A stretch of 55,390 nucleotides of DNA from a virus (taxonomy: Duplodnaviria; Caudoviricetes). Shown piece after piece: positions 45,284 through 54,769 of the stretch. The first letter of the stretch is position 1. The number at the start of each line of letters is the position of its first letter. Location of the stretch: positions 1 through 55,390 of the IMG/VR virus record IMGVR_UViG_3300030329_001437, one strand, 5' to 3'. The notes beneath the pieces are model-generated. The model was not told the origin of the DNA, did no database searches, and worked only from the letters and a program-made list of their open reading frames with translations. Position numbers and translations under genes: made by a program.

Positions 45284-46272
45284 TAGGAGCTATAATCGCC
45301 TCCACTGTTATTACTGCAGCGGCGACCTCAGCATACGGAGCAAAACAAGGCCGTAAACGAGCAAAAGAACAAAGAGAAGCCCAAGGGCTTCGTGATTTAA
45401 TTGAAGGCGCAGCCCCTAATATTTCTCAAGTTGAAGAAATTATGGCAGAAGACATAGGTAGAGAGAACGAAGCTATTCTTGAAGACGCATTGAGTCAAAT
45501 GGATTATCAAACTCAGCAAGCGCAAGAGGGGGCTGATTTTGCAGCAGAAACCCAAATGGATGAAAGACTTCAACAACTAATTCAACAAGGACTTCCTCCT
45601 GAGTTTCTAGAACAACAAGGAGCCGCAGCTATGGCTCGTGGTGGTCCTATAGGAACTCCGAACGACACTTACTATTTTGACGTAGGCAACATCATGAACA
45701 TGATGACCGATGCTAATCCCCAGATTCAAGGAGTGGGAATGCAATTAGCTGAACAGATGACAGCTAATCCTGGAATGTCTATGGTTCCTGCAACGCGAGA
45801 CCAGATTCAAGGTATGGCTTACGGAGGTCAAGTAGAACCAAGAAAGCTCGCCTATGGAGATGTAGTAGAAAGTGACGGTAACGGGCTTGGACTTGAGGAG
45901 ATATTAAGACAGATACTTCCAGCTGACAAAGATCGCATGGTTGTAGATAAATATAGTCCTGAAGGAGAGTTACTTGGGAAGTCAATTACTTATTCTAGTT
46001 CCGAAAAAGGAGATCCGTTAGTTAGCGATGCAAGAAAATCAGCTGATTTTTATCAGGAAATAATGAACCTTCCTCGAGAACAAAAAGCGCAACCCCTCAC
46101 TGGTGTAGGTAAGATGGGAACACTGTCTTCAGCAGGACGTAGACTAGAAGCGATAAAAGACAGTTATCGAAAACAAGCTGAAATTAAAGCGAGAGAAGAA
46201 GGCTCAGCTCCCATGGGCAAAGAACTTAGTGATGCTGATTTAAGACGCTTTCTACCTACTCGTTCTCAGTGA
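45274..46272 (+). CDS. Putative internal virion/DNA transfer protein
   Basis: Ala-rich hydrophobic N-terminus, then a basic/Gln-rich helix; MARGG and MAYGG motifs. Confidence 0.55.
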   Translation: MSLVGAIIASTVITAAATSAYGAKQGRKRAKEQREAQGLRDLIEGAAPNISQVEEIMAEDIGRENEAILEDALSQMDYQTQQAQEGADFAAETQMDERLQQLIQQGLPPEFLEQQGAAAMARGGPIGTPNDTYYFDVGNIMNMMTDANPQIQGVGMQLAEQMTANPGMSMVPATRDQIQGMAYGGQVEPRKLAYGDVVESDGNGLGLEEILRQILPADKDRMVVDKYSPEGELLGKSITYSSSEKGDPLVSDARKSADFYQEIMNLPREQKAQPLTGVGKMGTLSSAGRRLEAIKDSYRKQAEIKAREEGSAPMGKELSDADLRRFLPTRSQ

Positions 46273-47786
46273 GTGATCCATTAGACCAGTTGCGAAATGT
46301 TGATCTTTCGCATCTGTCAAAACAAGAAGCTAAAGAGTTTACCCTTCTTCTTGAAGAACTAGATTTACGCGATAAACGAGATTCTTCCGCAGCGACCTTC
46401 TATGATTTTGTATTAAATATCTGGCCTGAGTTTATTGCGGGGTCTCACCATAAGAAAATGGCCGAGGCTTTCGACAAGATTGCAAACGGTGAATCAAAAA
46501 GACTAATTATTAATATGCCGCCCAGACATACTAAGTCTGAGTTTGCGTCATATCTGTTTCCTGCCTACTTGTTAGGCAAACGTCCTAAGTTAAAAATCAT
46601 TGAAGCAACACACACCGCTGACCTTGCAATAAATTTCGGTAGACGTGTGCGTGATTTAATTGAAAGCGATGATTATGGAGAAATTTTTCCCAGTACACAG
46701 CTAAAGGCTGACTCACGAAGTGCTGGTAAATGGCTGACTTCTCAGGGGGGAGAGTACTATGCCTCTGGTATTGGAGGTGCTCTCGCAGGGAGAGGTGCGG
46801 ATTTGTTTATTATTGACGATCCGCACTCTGAACAAGACGCGTTTTCCGACAAAGCGTTAGACGAAGCGTACGAATGGTATCAAACTGGGCCGCGTCAGCG
46901 TCTACAACCAGGAGGTGCCATCGTTATAGTGATGACTCGTTGGTCTAAAAAAGACTTAACGGGTAAGTTAATCAAACGAATGACGCAGGAAAAAGGGGGC
47001 GATGAGTGGGAGTTAATAGAATTTCCTGCAATTTTACCGTCAGGCACACCGTTATGGCCAGAATTTTGGAAACTAGAGGAACTTCAAGCAACGAAATCTT
47101 CGATACCTCCGTCTAAATGGGCAGCTCAGTACATGCAGCGGCCAACTGGTGAGGGTATTTCCATCATTCCGAAAGAATGGATTAAACATTGGCCTGAAGA
47201 CAACCCTCCATCTTGCGAATATTTAATACAAAGTTACGATACAGCGTTTCTAAAGTCCGAACGTGCTGACTATACTGCAATAACAACGTGGGGAGTTTTT
47301 CATCCAGAAGGAAAAATTGGGGATGAGCTGTATAATGGAGCTGATGCACACCTGATTCTGCTAGATTGTGTTAAAGAACGACTAGACTTTCCCGAACTCA
47401 AGCGTGAAGCGATGCGTTTATACGAACATTGGGACCCTGATTCTGTAATAATTGAGACTAAAGCGTCAGGTATCCCGCTAACGCAGGAATTACGGCGACA
47501 AGGAATACCCATTAACACGTTTTCCCCTAGCAAAGGACAAGATAAGATTGCAAGACTCAACACGGTAAGTGCAATTTTCCAAGAAGGACGTGTTTGGTTG
47601 CCTGAAACGTCTTGGGCACAAGAGTTAATGGACGAAATTGTTGATTTTCCTAACGGAGAGAACGACGATTGCGTAGATGCGACAACTTTAGCGTTAATGC
47701 GCTTTAGAAATGGTGGATTTTTGCGTTTAGAAACCGATTATCAAGACGAAGAAGATTATTACCCAAAAGTCCGTGCATATTATTGA
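46269..47786 (+). CDS. terL: Terminase large subunit
   Basis: MPPRHTKS Walker A, IIDDP Walker B, MTRW, SYDTA and DDCVDA nuclease motifs. Confidence 0.95.
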   Translation: MSDPLDQLRNVDLSHLSKQEAKEFTLLLEELDLRDKRDSSAATFYDFVLNIWPEFIAGSHHKKMAEAFDKIANGESKRLIINMPPRHTKSEFASYLFPAYLLGKRPKLKIIEATHTADLAINFGRRVRDLIESDDYGEIFPSTQLKADSRSAGKWLTSQGGEYYASGIGGALAGRGADLFIIDDPHSEQDAFSDKALDEAYEWYQTGPRQRLQPGGAIVIVMTRWSKKDLTGKLIKRMTQEKGGDEWELIEFPAILPSGTPLWPEFWKLEELQATKSSIPPSKWAAQYMQRPTGEGISIIPKEWIKHWPEDNPPSCEYLIQSYDTAFLKSERADYTAITTWGVFHPEGKIGDELYNGADAHLILLDCVKERLDFPELKREAMRLYEHWDPDSVIIETKASGIPLTQELRRQGIPINTFSPSKGQDKIARLNTVSAIFQEGRVWLPETSWAQELMDEIVDFPNGENDDCVDATTLALMRFRNGGFLRLETDYQDEEDYYPKVRAYY

Positions 47787-47823
47787 TTTACTGAGTTAAA
47801 AAAGAAGAGTATGGTGGCGAATT

Positions 47824-50196
47824 ATGGCAGAAATACAAGTTCCACAAGATCTTGAAGGGGAGGAAGAGCTAGAAATCCTTTTTGACGAGGATGACAATGT
47901 TCTTTACCCTGAAGCACTGCAAGCTGAGGGTGAAATGCCTTTCGGTGAGAATATGGCTGAGTATCTTGAAGATAGTACTCTAGGACAAATCTCTTCACAA
48001 CTTACTACTTCTTATGAAGACGACCTGTCTTCACGACAAGATTGGTACGAAACCTTTAAAAACGGTCTTGACCTGTTAGGGATTGATAGCGAGGCTCGTA
48101 GTGAGCCGTTTGAAGGTGCAAGCGGGGTGTATCACCCGTTATTGGCTGAAGCGACCACGCATTTCCAAGCACAGGCATACAAAGAACTTTTACCAGCTAA
48201 TGGACCTGTAGATACAAAAGTTATGGGAGCGACTAGCGATCCTAAACTGATGCAGGCTAACCGTGTAAAAGATTTCATGAATTATCAGCTAATGTATAAG
48301 ATGGAAGAATACGATCCAGAAATGGATCAAATGTTATTTTTCCTTCCGTTAGCAGGATCTGCATTTAAAAAATGTTATTACGATCCTTCGATGGGACGAG
48401 TCGTTTCCCGTTTTGTAAAAGCCGAAGATTTAGTTGTTCCTTACACAACCACAGATTTACACACCACTCCTCGAATTACGCACGTTATTAAAATGACTGA
48501 AAACGATATGCGTAAGCTACAGCTTAGTGGTTTTTATCGTGACGTAGGTATGACTCCTCCTGGATACGTTACAGATGAAAATGTTATACAGGAGAAGATT
48601 GACGAATTAGATGGAATTTCTAAAACAGGTTCTTCTGAAGAATATACGTTATTAGAATGTCATGTAGAACTAGACATAGAAGGTTTTGAACATACAGACG
48701 CAGACGGTGAGACTACTGGGTTAGCGTTACCGTATATTGTAACAATTTGCCAAGACAACAGTGAAATTTTGTCTATTAGACAGAACTACGACGAAGTCGA
48801 CCCTATGCGTAAAAAGATTGAATACTTTACGCATTATAAATTCCTTCCTGGATTAGGATTTTATGGCTTTGGGTTAATTCATATGATTGGTGGTGTAACT
48901 AAATCTGCTACAGCAATATTAAGACAGCTGATTGATGCAGGCACACTTGCTAATCTACCAGCTGGTTTCAAATCACGCGGATTGAACATACAGCGTTCAG
49001 ATGACCCATTACAACCAGGAGAGTGGCGTGACGTTGACGCTCCTGGAGGCACTATTCGCGATTCTTTCTTACCGTTGCCGTATAAAGAACCTAGTGCAAC
49101 TTTGGCCCAGCTGCTGGGGTTATTAGTTGAATCTGGACAACGGTTTGCGGCAGTAATGGATCAGCAGACTGGAGACGGCAATAGTCAAGCTCCTGTAGGC
49201 ACTACTGTCGCCCTTTTAGAAAAAGGCCAGAAGGTCATTTCTTCGATACATAAACGGCTACATTATGCACAAAAGAATGAATTTAAAATTCTAAAGCGAT
49301 TATTCGGAGAGTATCTACCCCCCGAATATCCGTACCAAGTACAAGGGGCACAACAGACTGTTTTTGCTCAGGACTTCAATAACAGTGTAGATATTGTTCC
49401 TGTTTGCGACCCTAACATTTTTAGTACTACGCAACGAATTATCCTAGCGCAGACGCAACTACAGATGGCGCAAAGCGCACCACAGATTCACAATATGAAA
49501 GAAGCCTTCCGCAAGATGTATCTTGCGTTAAATATTAAAGATATTGACGATGTGCTTCTTCCTGAGTTTGACCCAACGCCTAAAGATCCTGTTCAGGAAA
49601 ACATGGACGCATTAATGAATGTTCCATTGAAAGCGTTTCCTCAACAAAATCATGATGCACACATTCAAGCGCACATGGCGTTTATGCAAAGTCCACAGAT
49701 ACAACAGAACCCGCAAGCAATGTCAGCGTTACAAGCACATATCCAAGAGCACATCGCATTGAAGTACAGAGTGCAAATGGAACAGATTCTGGCACAGCAA
49801 GGTATTCAGTTACCACAACCAGGACCAGATGGTCAAATGCCACAGCTTCCACCTGAAATGGAAAGTCAGATTGCGGTAGCGGCTGCTCAAGCTACACAAC
49901 AAATAACAGGTCAAGAACAAGCACTAGCGCAAGCGATGGCTGCACAACAACAAGATCCGCAAAGACAAATGTTCGAAGAACAAATGGAACTTGAGTTTGA
50001 GAAAATTAATCAGCGTGATAGAGATTCTGAACGTAAGGTTCAGCTTGAAAGGGAGAAACTCGAATCACAAGAACAGCAGACAGACATAAAAGTAGCGGCT
50101 ACGTTACAAGAAGCTGAAATGCAAAACGAGCGAGATATGGACTCTAACTTAACTGAGATTGCGAAGGTTGTTCGTGAATCCAGAGAACAGGAATAG
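47824..50196 (+). CDS. Portal protein
   Basis: 790 aa directly after terL; helical with a Gln-rich C-terminal barrel-type tail. Confidence 0.85.
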   Translation: MAEIQVPQDLEGEEELEILFDEDDNVLYPEALQAEGEMPFGENMAEYLEDSTLGQISSQLTTSYEDDLSSRQDWYETFKNGLDLLGIDSEARSEPFEGASGVYHPLLAEATTHFQAQAYKELLPANGPVDTKVMGATSDPKLMQANRVKDFMNYQLMYKMEEYDPEMDQMLFFLPLAGSAFKKCYYDPSMGRVVSRFVKAEDLVVPYTTTDLHTTPRITHVIKMTENDMRKLQLSGFYRDVGMTPPGYVTDENVIQEKIDELDGISKTGSSEEYTLLECHVELDIEGFEHTDADGETTGLALPYIVTICQDNSEILSIRQNYDEVDPMRKKIEYFTHYKFLPGLGFYGFGLIHMIGGVTKSATAILRQLIDAGTLANLPAGFKSRGLNIQRSDDPLQPGEWRDVDAPGGTIRDSFLPLPYKEPSATLAQLLGLLVESGQRFAAVMDQQTGDGNSQAPVGTTVALLEKGQKVISSIHKRLHYAQKNEFKILKRLFGEYLPPEYPYQVQGAQQTVFAQDFNNSVDIVPVCDPNIFSTTQRIILAQTQLQMAQSAPQIHNMKEAFRKMYLALNIKDIDDVLLPEFDPTPKDPVQENMDALMNVPLKAFPQQNHDAHIQAHMAFMQSPQIQQNPQAMSALQAHIQEHIALKYRVQMEQILAQQGIQLPQPGPDGQMPQLPPEMESQIAVAAAQATQQITGQEQALAQAMAAQQQDPQRQMFEEQMELEFEKINQRDRDSERKVQLEREKLESQEQQTDIKVAATLQEAEMQNERDMDSNLTEIAKVVRESREQE

Positions 50197-50886
50197 GTGG
50201 CTTATTTATTAAGCAACATACCTCATTTTAACGCATGGATCCGAAAAGAATTTACATACAATCACATAGACTATCACGGGGAGTATTTACACGCGGTTGT
50301 TTTTGCGGTAAACACCATTCCAGACAGGTGTCTATCTTTTCAAGTAGTCTTTACGGGGTTTGAGCTTGACGCAGAAGAAGATGCAGAAAATATACACGGT
50401 GGCGCGATGTGGGCTAGGATGCCTATAACTGCGCTTGTTGCAGATTCCGTTTTAACGGAGATGCCTGAAGCTATGCCTACGCATTTAGCTCAGCCGTGGG
50501 ATTGTAGTTCTCATGAACACGCAGTAATCAAAATGGATCGTGTTTCCTCTAGTCCTTGGCTCTGTAAGATAGATAATGAATTCCACACTGGACGTTATTT
50601 ATTTACCGTTGACTACACTGGAAATGATATAGCAGATGATCCAGCACAACATAAACAAAGTCATGTGTTAGAACTAACGGATGCTGGTAAATGGACAGGT
50701 AATATTGTTGCACTTCCTAACAACCGTGTAAGAGCGACTAACCCAGCACTCTGGGAGACAGGATCAGGCGCACCTGATTTTTATCCTAGTCAGCACTTAC
50801 ACAGTGCAGAAATTCATGACAGCTATATGGATCCAAAAGTAACTTTCAATAATTTGTACTCAGAAGGAGACAAGAATGAAGGGTAG
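50197..50886 (+). CDS. Hypothetical head-module protein
   Basis: 229-aa globular-looking ORF with GTG start. Confidence 0.7.
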   Translation: MAYLLSNIPHFNAWIRKEFTYNHIDYHGEYLHAVVFAVNTIPDRCLSFQVVFTGFELDAEEDAENIHGGAMWARMPITALVADSVLTEMPEAMPTHLAQPWDCSSHEHAVIKMDRVSSSPWLCKIDNEFHTGRYLFTVDYTGNDIADDPAQHKQSHVLELTDAGKWTGNIVALPNNRVRATNPALWETGSGAPDFYPSQHLHSAEIHDSYMDPKVTFNNLYSEGDKNEG

Positions 50887-50983
50887 AAAGAAAATGCCTA
50901 AGATGATGAAAAAAGCTGGTGCTCGCAAAATGAAGCGAGGAGGCGCGGCTAAGAAAATGAAACGAGGAGGTAAAGCTAAATGA
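50876..50983 (+). CDS. 35-aa basic peptide (not in the ORF track)
   Basis: MKGRKKMPKMMKKAGARKMKRGGAAKKMKRGGKAK; AAGGAG RBS; ATGA overlap with the next gene. Confidence 0.75.
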   Translation: MKGRKKMPKMMKKAGARKMKRGGAAKKMKRGGKAK

Positions 50984-51183
50984 AGCGATATAACCGAGAG
51001 TATCCTTCGCCTAGTTCACAACCTGCTGGTGTAAAAATAGAGCCAATGACTGCTTCTTCAGAAGGATTTGCAACTCCGACTGAGCTCAAGCAAAAAACTA
51101 TCGACATTCCTGGGAAAAGTGTAAAAACTAAAGGAACAGGAGCGGCGACTAAAGGTTTAGATTTCATTAGTTATGTTAACTAA
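50980..51183 (+). CDS. Hypothetical protein
   Basis: 67 aa with KGTGAATKG motif. Confidence 0.65.
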   Translation: MKRYNREYPSPSSQPAGVKIEPMTASSEGFATPTELKQKTIDIPGKSVKTKGTGAATKGLDFISYVN

Positions 51184-51383
51184 TGGATTTTATAAAGACT
51201 TCGGAGCATTTGCTCCGCAAATTACGAGAGCGTCAACACGACCTTTCGCAATCACTCGCTTCGGGGAGTGCAAACGACTATGTTCAGTACCAACGAATAG
51301 TTGGGGAAATTTCAGGGTTAAATTTCGCTGAACAAGAAATAACTACCCTGCTTGGAAATATGGAAGATATAGATGACGACTAA
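51183..51383 (+). CDS. Hypothetical protein
   Basis: L.SG....Y...VGEI.GL motif; coupled to the GroES gene. Confidence 0.7.
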   Translation: MDFIKTSEHLLRKLRERQHDLSQSLASGSANDYVQYQRIVGEISGLNFAEQEITTLLGNMEDIDDD

Positions 51384-51804
51384 CAAAAAAGTAGAGGATA
51401 GAGTTTTAAATTTTGGGTCTGATACGTCTGAAGAACCGAAACCTACTCTAACGCATGAGAACGTAGATTCTCATTCAGATAAATTACCTAACCCAACTGG
51501 GTATAGGATTCTTATCCTACCGTTTACTCCTCCAGAGAAAACAAAAGGCGGCATTATGTTAGCTAAACAAACTCTTGATAAAGAGCGGATAGCTACCATA
51601 GTTGGGCTTGTTGTACGACTAGGCCCAGATGCTTATTCCGACAAAGAAAAATTTCCAGAAGGCCCATGGTGTAAAGAGGGCGACTGGGTAATTTTCGGTC
51701 GCTATGCGGGAGCTAGATTTAACATCGAAGGTGGAGATATGCGTCTCCTTAACGATGATGAAATTTTAGCCACTGTTAACAACCCAGAAGATATTCTGCA
51801 ATAA
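51373..51804 (+). CDS. groES: Co-chaperonin GroES-like protein
   Basis: P.GYRIL, EKTKGGIML mobile loop, GDWVIFGRYAG and LLNDDEILA motifs. Confidence 0.9.
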   Translation: MTTNKKVEDRVLNFGSDTSEEPKPTLTHENVDSHSDKLPNPTGYRILILPFTPPEKTKGGIMLAKQTLDKERIATIVGLVVRLGPDAYSDKEKFPEGPWCKEGDWVIFGRYAGARFNIEGGDMRLLNDDEILATVNNPEDILQ

Positions 51805-51814
51805 GGACATTAAA

Positions 51815-52684
51815 ATGGCTGAATCACAAGAAATTGAATTAGAACTTCCTGAGGAAGAAGTAGATATACATGAAGCGGATGTAATTCAAGAACGCGCTCA
51901 AGATGTAGATTTTTCTAATGAAGAATCAGTGTCTAACGAAGACGAAGTTAATGAATACAGCGATGGTGTAAAAAAGCGTATTGATAAATTAACTTATCGT
52001 ATGCGCGAAGCTGAACGTCAACGTGATGAAGCAGCTCAATATGCTAAAAAAATAGCAGAACAAAATGCTCAGCTTCAAACTAAACTTCAGTCTTCTGATT
52101 CCACCTTAGTTAACGAATATGCTACTCGTGTAGAGAGTCAAAAAGAACAGGCACGAAAAGCGTTGAAAGAAGCTCAAGAGTTAGGTGATGCTGAAGCTAT
52201 TGCATTAGCTACAGAGGCAGTTGCTAAAACTTCTTTAGAAGAGCAAAATGCTCAACGACTGAAACAAAGACAACAGAGACCAGCAGCTCAACAACCTCAA
52301 CAGGAGGTTCAACAACCTCAACAGCAAAACTTACAAGCTGCTCCTGTTGACCCTAGAGCTGAACAATGGGCAGAAGAAAACCCTTGGTTTGGTGAAAATG
52401 AGGGAATGACCTACGCAGCAATGGGCATTCATCAAAAATTATTAAAGGAAGGAGTTCCTCCAAATACGAAACATTATTATGAAAGAGTTAATAATGAAAT
52501 TAGAGAACTTTTTCCGCAACAGTTCGCCGATGAGACGAAAAACGTGAAATCCCCTGTAGCAGGAGCCAGCCGTGGTGTTGGTTCTGCAAAGAAAGGCTCA
52601 CGCAGTGTGAAACTCACTCCATCACAAATGGCTATTGCCAAACGTATAGGAGTGCCTTATGAAGAATATGCAAAATATGTATAA
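51815..52684 (+). CDS. Putative capsid scaffolding protein
   Basis: Acidic N-terminus, long coiled coil, WAEENPWF, and C-terminal helix-turn-helix LTPSQMAIAKRIGV..EEYAK. Confidence 0.7.
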   Translation: MAESQEIELELPEEEVDIHEADVIQERAQDVDFSNEESVSNEDEVNEYSDGVKKRIDKLTYRMREAERQRDEAAQYAKKIAEQNAQLQTKLQSSDSTLVNEYATRVESQKEQARKALKEAQELGDAEAIALATEAVAKTSLEEQNAQRLKQRQQRPAAQQPQQEVQQPQQQNLQAAPVDPRAEQWAEENPWFGENEGMTYAAMGIHQKLLKEGVPPNTKHYYERVNNEIRELFPQQFADETKNVKSPVAGASRGVGSAKKGSRSVKLTPSQMAIAKRIGVPYEEYAKYV

Positions 52685-52696
52685 AGGAGATGACAA

Positions 52697-53164
52697 ATGA
52701 CAGATCGAACCTCCAGATCTGCTGATACACGAGCAAAAAAAGCTCGCAAAAAGAAATGGCAACCACCTTCAATGTTGGACGCCCCAGAAGCACCTGAAGG
52801 ATTTAAACACAGGTGGATACGTGCAGAAGTCAGAGGACACGATGACAAAGCGAATATGTCTAAGCGTATTCGTGAAGGATTCGAACCAGTAAGAGCGGAA
52901 GATCATCCAGATTTTGATGCTCCTACAGTGGACGATGGAAAGCACGCGGGTATAATTGGAGTAGGTGGCTTAGTTCTTGCAAAAGTTCCAGAAGAAACCG
53001 TAGAAGAAAGAACCGATTACTTTGCACAAAGAAGTCGGGAACAACTTCAGGGAGTAGACAATGATCTTTTGCGGGATAGTGATCCTAGAATGCCTATAAG
53101 TAAAAGAGACATTCAAAGGAACTCTAAGGTTGAATTTGGCAGTCGGAACTCAGGTTCTGATTAA
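52697..53164 (+). CDS. Hypothetical head-module protein
   Basis: 155 aa with AAGGAG RBS. Confidence 0.7.
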   Translation: MTDRTSRSADTRAKKARKKKWQPPSMLDAPEAPEGFKHRWIRAEVRGHDDKANMSKRIREGFEPVRAEDHPDFDAPTVDDGKHAGIIGVGGLVLAKVPEETVEERTDYFAQRSREQLQGVDNDLLRDSDPRMPISKRDIQRNSKVEFGSRNSGSD

Positions 53165-53192
53165 TTTATCACTCTAATATGAGGGTTTAATA

Positions 53193-53732
53193 ATGGCTAA
53201 TACGGATGCACCTAATGGGTTCACTCCTGTAAAGTCCCTGTACGGGGGCACGGTTAGACCCAAGAAAATGCGTATTGCAAGTGCATACGGAACTGCTATT
53301 TATAGCGGTGATGTTGTCACACTTTCTTCGGGCTATGTTAATCAGGCGGGAGCAACTTCAACTCCTGTTGGCGTGTTTTACGGTGTGTATTACACGGCTA
53401 CAGATGGGACTCCTACGTTTTCTAAATCGTGGACTGCAAGCACAGCTACACTTGGCAGCGCAGATGCGGAAGCATATGTGTATGCTGATCCTGGCATTGT
53501 GTTTGAAGCACAGTTCACAGCAGGAACTCCTGCGGTAAGTTTTATCGGCAATAAGTACACTTTGAGTACTACTGCTGGTAGCTCTACTAACGGTCGTTCT
53601 AAAGAGGGTGTAACAGCCACTACTTCTAGTGGTGTTGCTTTATGTGTCGGTTTTGTAGATTCTCCTAGCAATAGCATCGGTGCTTATGCTCGGGCGTACT
53701 TTACATTCCCAACTAACACCTTCGCAGTTTAA
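53193..53732 (+). CDS. Putative capsid decoration/minor capsid protein
   Basis: Small-residue-rich beta protein directly upstream of the MCP. Confidence 0.6.
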   Translation: MANTDAPNGFTPVKSLYGGTVRPKKMRIASAYGTAIYSGDVVTLSSGYVNQAGATSTPVGVFYGVYYTATDGTPTFSKSWTASTATLGSADAEAYVYADPGIVFEAQFTAGTPAVSFIGNKYTLSTTAGSSTNGRSKEGVTATTSSGVALCVGFVDSPSNSIGAYARAYFTFPTNTFAV

Positions 53733-53744
53733 GGAGAGTAATTA

Positions 53745-54653
53745 ATGGCTATTAATAGAGCACAACTCGTTAAAGAGCTTGTTCCTGGCCTTCATGCTCT
53801 CTTTGGACTAGAGTATGATCGTTATCCGAATGAGCACGAAGAGATTTTCGACACAGAAAACTCTGAAAGAGCTTACGAGGAAGAAGTCATGCTAACTGGC
53901 TTTGGAGAAGCACCGGTCAAGAGCGAAGGCTCTGCGGTGAACTACGACACTGCACAGGAAGCATGGACAGCACGTTATACACACGACACGGTCGCTTTGG
54001 CCTTCAGCTTGACTGAAGAAGCCATCGAGGACAACTTGTATGACACTCTGTCTTCTCGTTACACACGCGCACTAGCACGTTCCATGATGACCACTAAGCA
54101 GATTAAAGCAGCTAACGTATTGAACAATGCGTTTAGTTCTTCTTATACTGGTGGTGATGGAAAAGAGCTTTGTGCAACTGACCACCCAACCGTTGGAAAT
54201 GAAGATCAGAAAAATGAGCTGTCTACTGCAGCTGATTTGAATGAAACTTCATTGGAGCAAGCGTTGATTGATATTGCTGCGTTCGAAGACGAGCGCGGTC
54301 TTAAAATTAACGCTCAGGCAAGAAAGCTAATTATCCCACCTGCTTTGCAGTTTGTTGCGGATAGGCTTCTTGAATCTCCTGGAAGAGTTGGTACGGCAGA
54401 CAATGATATTAACGCGGTTCGCAATATGGGCATGGTTCCTGAAGGCTACACCGTAAATCATTATCTGACTGATACTGATGCGTTCTTCCTGAAGACTGAC
54501 GTTCCTAACGGACTTAAGCATTTTGTTCGTACGGCTGTATCAACAAACATGGAAGGTGACTTTGAAACCGGAAATGTTCGTTATAAGGCCAGAGAGCGTT
54601 ATAGCTTTGGCTGGTCTGATTGGAGAGGTATTTTCGGCTCTCCTGGAGCATAA
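53745..54653 (+). CDS. Major capsid protein (Mu gpT-like)
   Basis: 302 aa; K.EG.A..YD, LIIPPAL and KARERYSFG.SDWRG motifs; strong RBS; terminator follows. Confidence 0.9.
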   Translation: MAINRAQLVKELVPGLHALFGLEYDRYPNEHEEIFDTENSERAYEEEVMLTGFGEAPVKSEGSAVNYDTAQEAWTARYTHDTVALAFSLTEEAIEDNLYDTLSSRYTRALARSMMTTKQIKAANVLNNAFSSSYTGGDGKELCATDHPTVGNEDQKNELSTAADLNETSLEQALIDIAAFEDERGLKINAQARKLIIPPALQFVADRLLESPGRVGTADNDINAVRNMGMVPEGYTVNHYLTDTDAFFLKTDVPNGLKHFVRTAVSTNMEGDFETGNVRYKARERYSFGWSDWRGIFGSPGA

Positions 54654-54659
54654 TACCAC

Positions 54660-54684
54660 AGGGGGGCTATGCCCCCCTTTATTT
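54660..54684 (+). terminator. Intrinsic terminator after MCP
   Basis: AGGGGGGC-TAT-GCCCCCCT followed by TTATTT. Confidence 0.8.
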
Positions 54685-54761
54685 CTGGGAATATAATAGC
54701 CCTAGCGACTGTCCCAGCAGACGCTTACGAAGACTCTAGGGCGAAACCTTTCGTAAGGAGG
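54685..54761 (+). ncRNA. Structured RNA (double pseudoknot), possibly Mu-gpT-DE-like
   Basis: Three perfect interleaved helices between the MCP terminator and the next start codon. Confidence 0.6.
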
Positions 54762-54769
54762 AAAAACCG

